A stretch of 64,000 nt of DNA from Squalus acanthias (Eukaryota). The stretch lies in the NCBI GenBank assembly GCA_030390025.1, contig CM059432.1, forward strand, positions 82,958,001 through 83,022,000, in the 5' to 3' direction. Positions 60,593 through 64,000 of this stretch are shown here, piece by piece. The translations under genes were made by a program, and so were the position numbers. Within the stretch, counting starts at the first letter, position 1; the number at the start of each line of letters is the position of its first letter. The notes under the pieces were generated by a model. That model made no database searches, had not been told where the DNA came from, and saw only the letters and a program-made list of their open reading frames with translations.

Positions 60593-61167
60593 ACCTGTGG
60601 AGTCCGAGTTTCATCTTCATTGGCTGTATCAGATCATGTGATTTAAACTTCTTTAACTTAAATACAATTACAAGCTGTTCCACTTAAAGGAAAGCAGCAA
60701 GCAACTGATATATATACTACCAATCATTAATTAATTTACATGTTACAATGGAATGTAGAAAACCAAAAGCAGAAGCTGGTTTTTACTTGCTAGTACCTAC
60801 TGTAAGCTCAGAGTATCCTCTTTCCCAGCATTATTTACTACAAGTCAGGTTACTCAGCTGTAAGAATGTGCATGGACACCAGAGTGCATATTAAATTTAT
60901 ATCCACAGATGACTCAGCAAGTTTATCCAATGAAAACAGGAAGGACTCGGTTTCAATTCCCGGTCTATTCAGAGTTAGCTGATCTCCAACACCCTTGATT
61001 ATAGGGGGCGGGGAATCAAGTCTGGTTCCTGTTCCTCACCATCCACTATTGGTAGATATTCTTTAATTCCAGCAATCTTGTTGGCTGGGAGGAAGATAAC
61101 ATTTGGACATGTTAGACTGTAGACAGTATCCATGGGAAAGGTTCAAAGATCAAATATGTGCTGTTCC

Positions 61168-61715
61168 AGGAACACTGGAACAGGAGTAGGCCATTCAGCC
61201 CTCGAGCCTGTTCCGCCTTTCAATGAGATCATGGCTGATCTGCGACCTAATTCCATATCCCCGCCTTTGGCCCATATCCCTTAATACCTTTGGTTAACAA
61301 AAAGCTATCAATCTCAGGTTTAAAATTAACTACTGATCTAGCAACAATTGCCATTTGCAGAAGAGTTTTCCAAACTTCTACCACCCTGTTATTTTCTGTA
61401 CCTGTTCATGACATCTTCATGATCTATGTACCTGAACCCCAAGTCTCTTTGGACATCCACTGTTTTTAGCCTTTTACCATTTAGAAAGTAACCCGTTCTA
61501 TCCTTTTTAGGTCCAAAGTGGATGACCTCACATTTGCCTACATTTAAATCCATTTGTCACAGTTTTGCCCATTCACTTAATCTGTCGATATCCCTTTGTA
61601 ATTTTATGCTTCCATCTACACTGCCTACAATGCCACCTATCTTTGTGTCATCGGCAAATTTGGATATATGACTTCTTATGCCATCATCTAAGTCGTTAAT
61701 AAATATTGTGAATAG
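61168..61715 (-). mobile_element. CR1 LINE fragment with internal deletion
   Basis: 3' end ggaacaggagtaggccattcagcc joined to RT part ISKFADDTKIG (atctttgtgtcatcggcaaatttggatat). Confidence 0.8.
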
Positions 61716-61839
61716 TACTGGCCTCTTCCCTCCTCCAACCTGAGTAAAGGAACCTCCACATCAGGACCATTTAACAATGATCATAAATAACATTCCAGTA
61801 ACTTTTACACTGGAACAAGATTAAATCATAACTTGAGCA

Positions 61840-64000
61840 CAGAATTTGGAGACAGAGCTGGGTGAATCGCAATCAGAGTAGATTGCAGAATGGAAGAATT
61901 TGGTGATAGTAGGAATTCAGTGATAAGGAAGAAGGCAGTTTCACACATCCAACTCAAAAGGAGGGGTGGAGCCACAGAACCCGAGGACTCTAAGTATCTA
62001 GATATCTAATATTTTGGTACTGTGTGTTTAGTATCTCAGTGGTTCTGGTTAAACTTGTGTAAATAATGTTGTCTTTTTTCCCTTAGGGCAGTGGGTTAAA
62101 CTAAGAAGTTTAGTTAGTCTAATAAATAGAGGCATAGCAGGGCACCTCAGTCCCGTTGAATGCACATCCTGTGCCATGTAGGAAGTCCAGGATACTTCTC
62201 GTGCATGGACAATCATGTGTGCTGGAAGTGTCGTCAGCTGGAGGAGCTCGAGCTCCGGGGCTTCGGAGCTTGAACAGCAGCTGGCGTCACTGCACTGCAT
62301 CCGTGAGGCTGAGGGCTTCGTGGATAGCACATTTCAGGAGGTGGTCATCCCGTAGCTTAAGAGTTTGCAGGCAGAGAGGGGAATGGGTGACCGCCAGACT
62401 GACAAGGAGGACCAGGCTGGCAGTGCAGGATTCCCGAGTGCATCTCGCTCTCTAACCGGTATTCAATTCTAAATACTGGCGAGGGCGATGGTTCCTCTGG
62501 GGAGTACAGCCAGAGCCAAGGCCATAGCATCATGGGTGGCTCAGCTGTACCGGTGAGGGGGGGGGGGGGGGGGGGGGGGGCAGGAACAGGAAGGAAGGTC
62601 AAAAAAGCAATAGTGATATGGGATTCAATAGTTCGGGGAACAGACAGGTGTTTCTGTGGCCGCAGGCGTGACTCCAGGTTGCCTTCCTGGTGCCAGTGTC
62701 AAGGAGGTCACTGAGCGGCGAGGGTGAACAGCCAGAGGTCGTGGTCCATATTGGCACCAATGACATAGGTAGAAAGAGGGATGTGGTCCTGCAGACAGAT
62801 TTTAGGGAGCTAGGAAAGAGAATAAATAAGCAGGAATTAAAGGTAGTAAACTCCAGATTACTCACGGTGCCACGCACTAGTGAGTACAGAAAGAGGAGGA
62901 CAGAGCAGATGAATGAGTGGCTGAAGAGATGGTGCAGGAGGGAGGGCTTTAGATTCCTGAGGCATTGGGACTGGTTCTGGGGAGGTGGGACCTGTACAAG
63001 CCGGATCCAATACCCTCGCTGGCTGAGAGCAAAACAAAGATTGGGGGGAGGGGTGTTGCTGGTGCTGTTGGGGAGGGTTTAAACTAGCTTGGCAGGGGGA
63101 TGGGAACCTGAGCTTAGATTCAGAAGGGAGAAGCAAAGCTCAAAATGGAAGGCAAAAAATTAGTAAGTGAGTTTGGAAACAAAGGCTAGAAAATAGACAA
63201 CAAAGGGGTTTGGCAGTGCTTAATGGTATATCATTCAATGCAAGGAGTCTAGTGAATAAGGCAGATGAGTTGAGGGCACAGACAGGTATGTGGGAGTATG
63301 ATATTATAGCTATTACTGAAACATGGTTGAAAGGAGGGCAGGAATGGCAGCTCAACATTCCTGGTTACAGGGTTTTCAGACGAGAGAGAGGGGGATAAAA
63401 AAAGAGGGGGGGGGGGGTCGCAATATTGGTTAAAGAAACAATTACAGCTGTGAGGAGGGATGATATGTTAGAAGGATCATCAAATGAGGCCGTATGGGTT
63501 GAACTGAAGAACAAAAAAGGGGCAATCACACTGCTGGGAGAGTACTATAGACCCCCAAATAGTCAGAGGGAAATAGAAGAGCAAATATGTAGGCAAATTT
63601 CTGAGAAGTGCAAAAACAATAGGGCAGTAATAGTAGGGGATGTCAACAAACCTAACATTAACTGGGATAGAATCAGTGTAAAAGGTATAGAGGGCGCAGA
63701 ATTCTTAAAATGCATTCAGGAGAACTTTTTTTAGCCAGTACATAGCAAGCCCAACAAGAGAGGGGGCAGTTCTGGATTTAGTTTCAGGGAATGAAACTGG
63801 ACAGGTGGAAGGGGCATCAGTGGGAGAGCATTTTGGGGGTAGTGATCATAATTCAGTTAGATTTAGCATAGTTATGGAAAAGGACAAAGATAGACTAGGT
63901 GTAAAAGTTCTCAACTGGGGAAAGGCCAATTTTACTAAGCTGAGATGTGATTTTGCAAAAGTGGACTGGAAACAGTTACTTGAAGGTAAATCAGTGTCAG
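61840..64000 (+). mobile_element. CR1 LINE 5' portion: 5'UTR, ORF1 (Cys motif, coiled coil, SGNH esterase) and APE; runs off the window
   Basis: VECTSCAM, KAIVIWDSIVRGTDR, VVVHIGTNDIG, FNARSLVNKADEL..YDIIAITETWL, YYRPPNSQ; frameshifted. Confidence 0.9.

Overview
This is vertebrate genomic DNA, most likely from a cartilaginous fish (inferred from SacSINE1-like Deu-SINEs and shark-type CR1/L2/Penelope repeats). It is not prokaryotic, and I found no CRISPR array, rRNA or true tRNA gene. The window appears to lie inside the NCOA2 (SRC-2/TIF2/GRIP1) gene on the minus strand. It contains the first coding exon (22693-22800, ATG at 22781) and the bHLH exon (18688-18860); I recognised no other exons and no promoter. 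The rest is intron, about half of it transposon-derived: nested CR1 and L2 LINEs, Deu-domain SINEs, a hAT MITE, a family of 3-bp-TSD MITEs built from covarying hairpins, and two families of Penelope-like elements (PLE) carrying minimal hammerhead ribozyme motifs. Highlights are a TSD-bounded inverted PLE with two hammerheads, 33-bp and 59-bp PLE micro-insertions with perfect TSDs, an inverted MITE pair bracketing the bHLH exon, a uORF whose stop overlaps the NCOA2 start codon, and local inverted and direct duplications. Repeat boundaries without a quoted TSD are approximate (about +/-20-50 bp). Family names come from recognition, not database searches.
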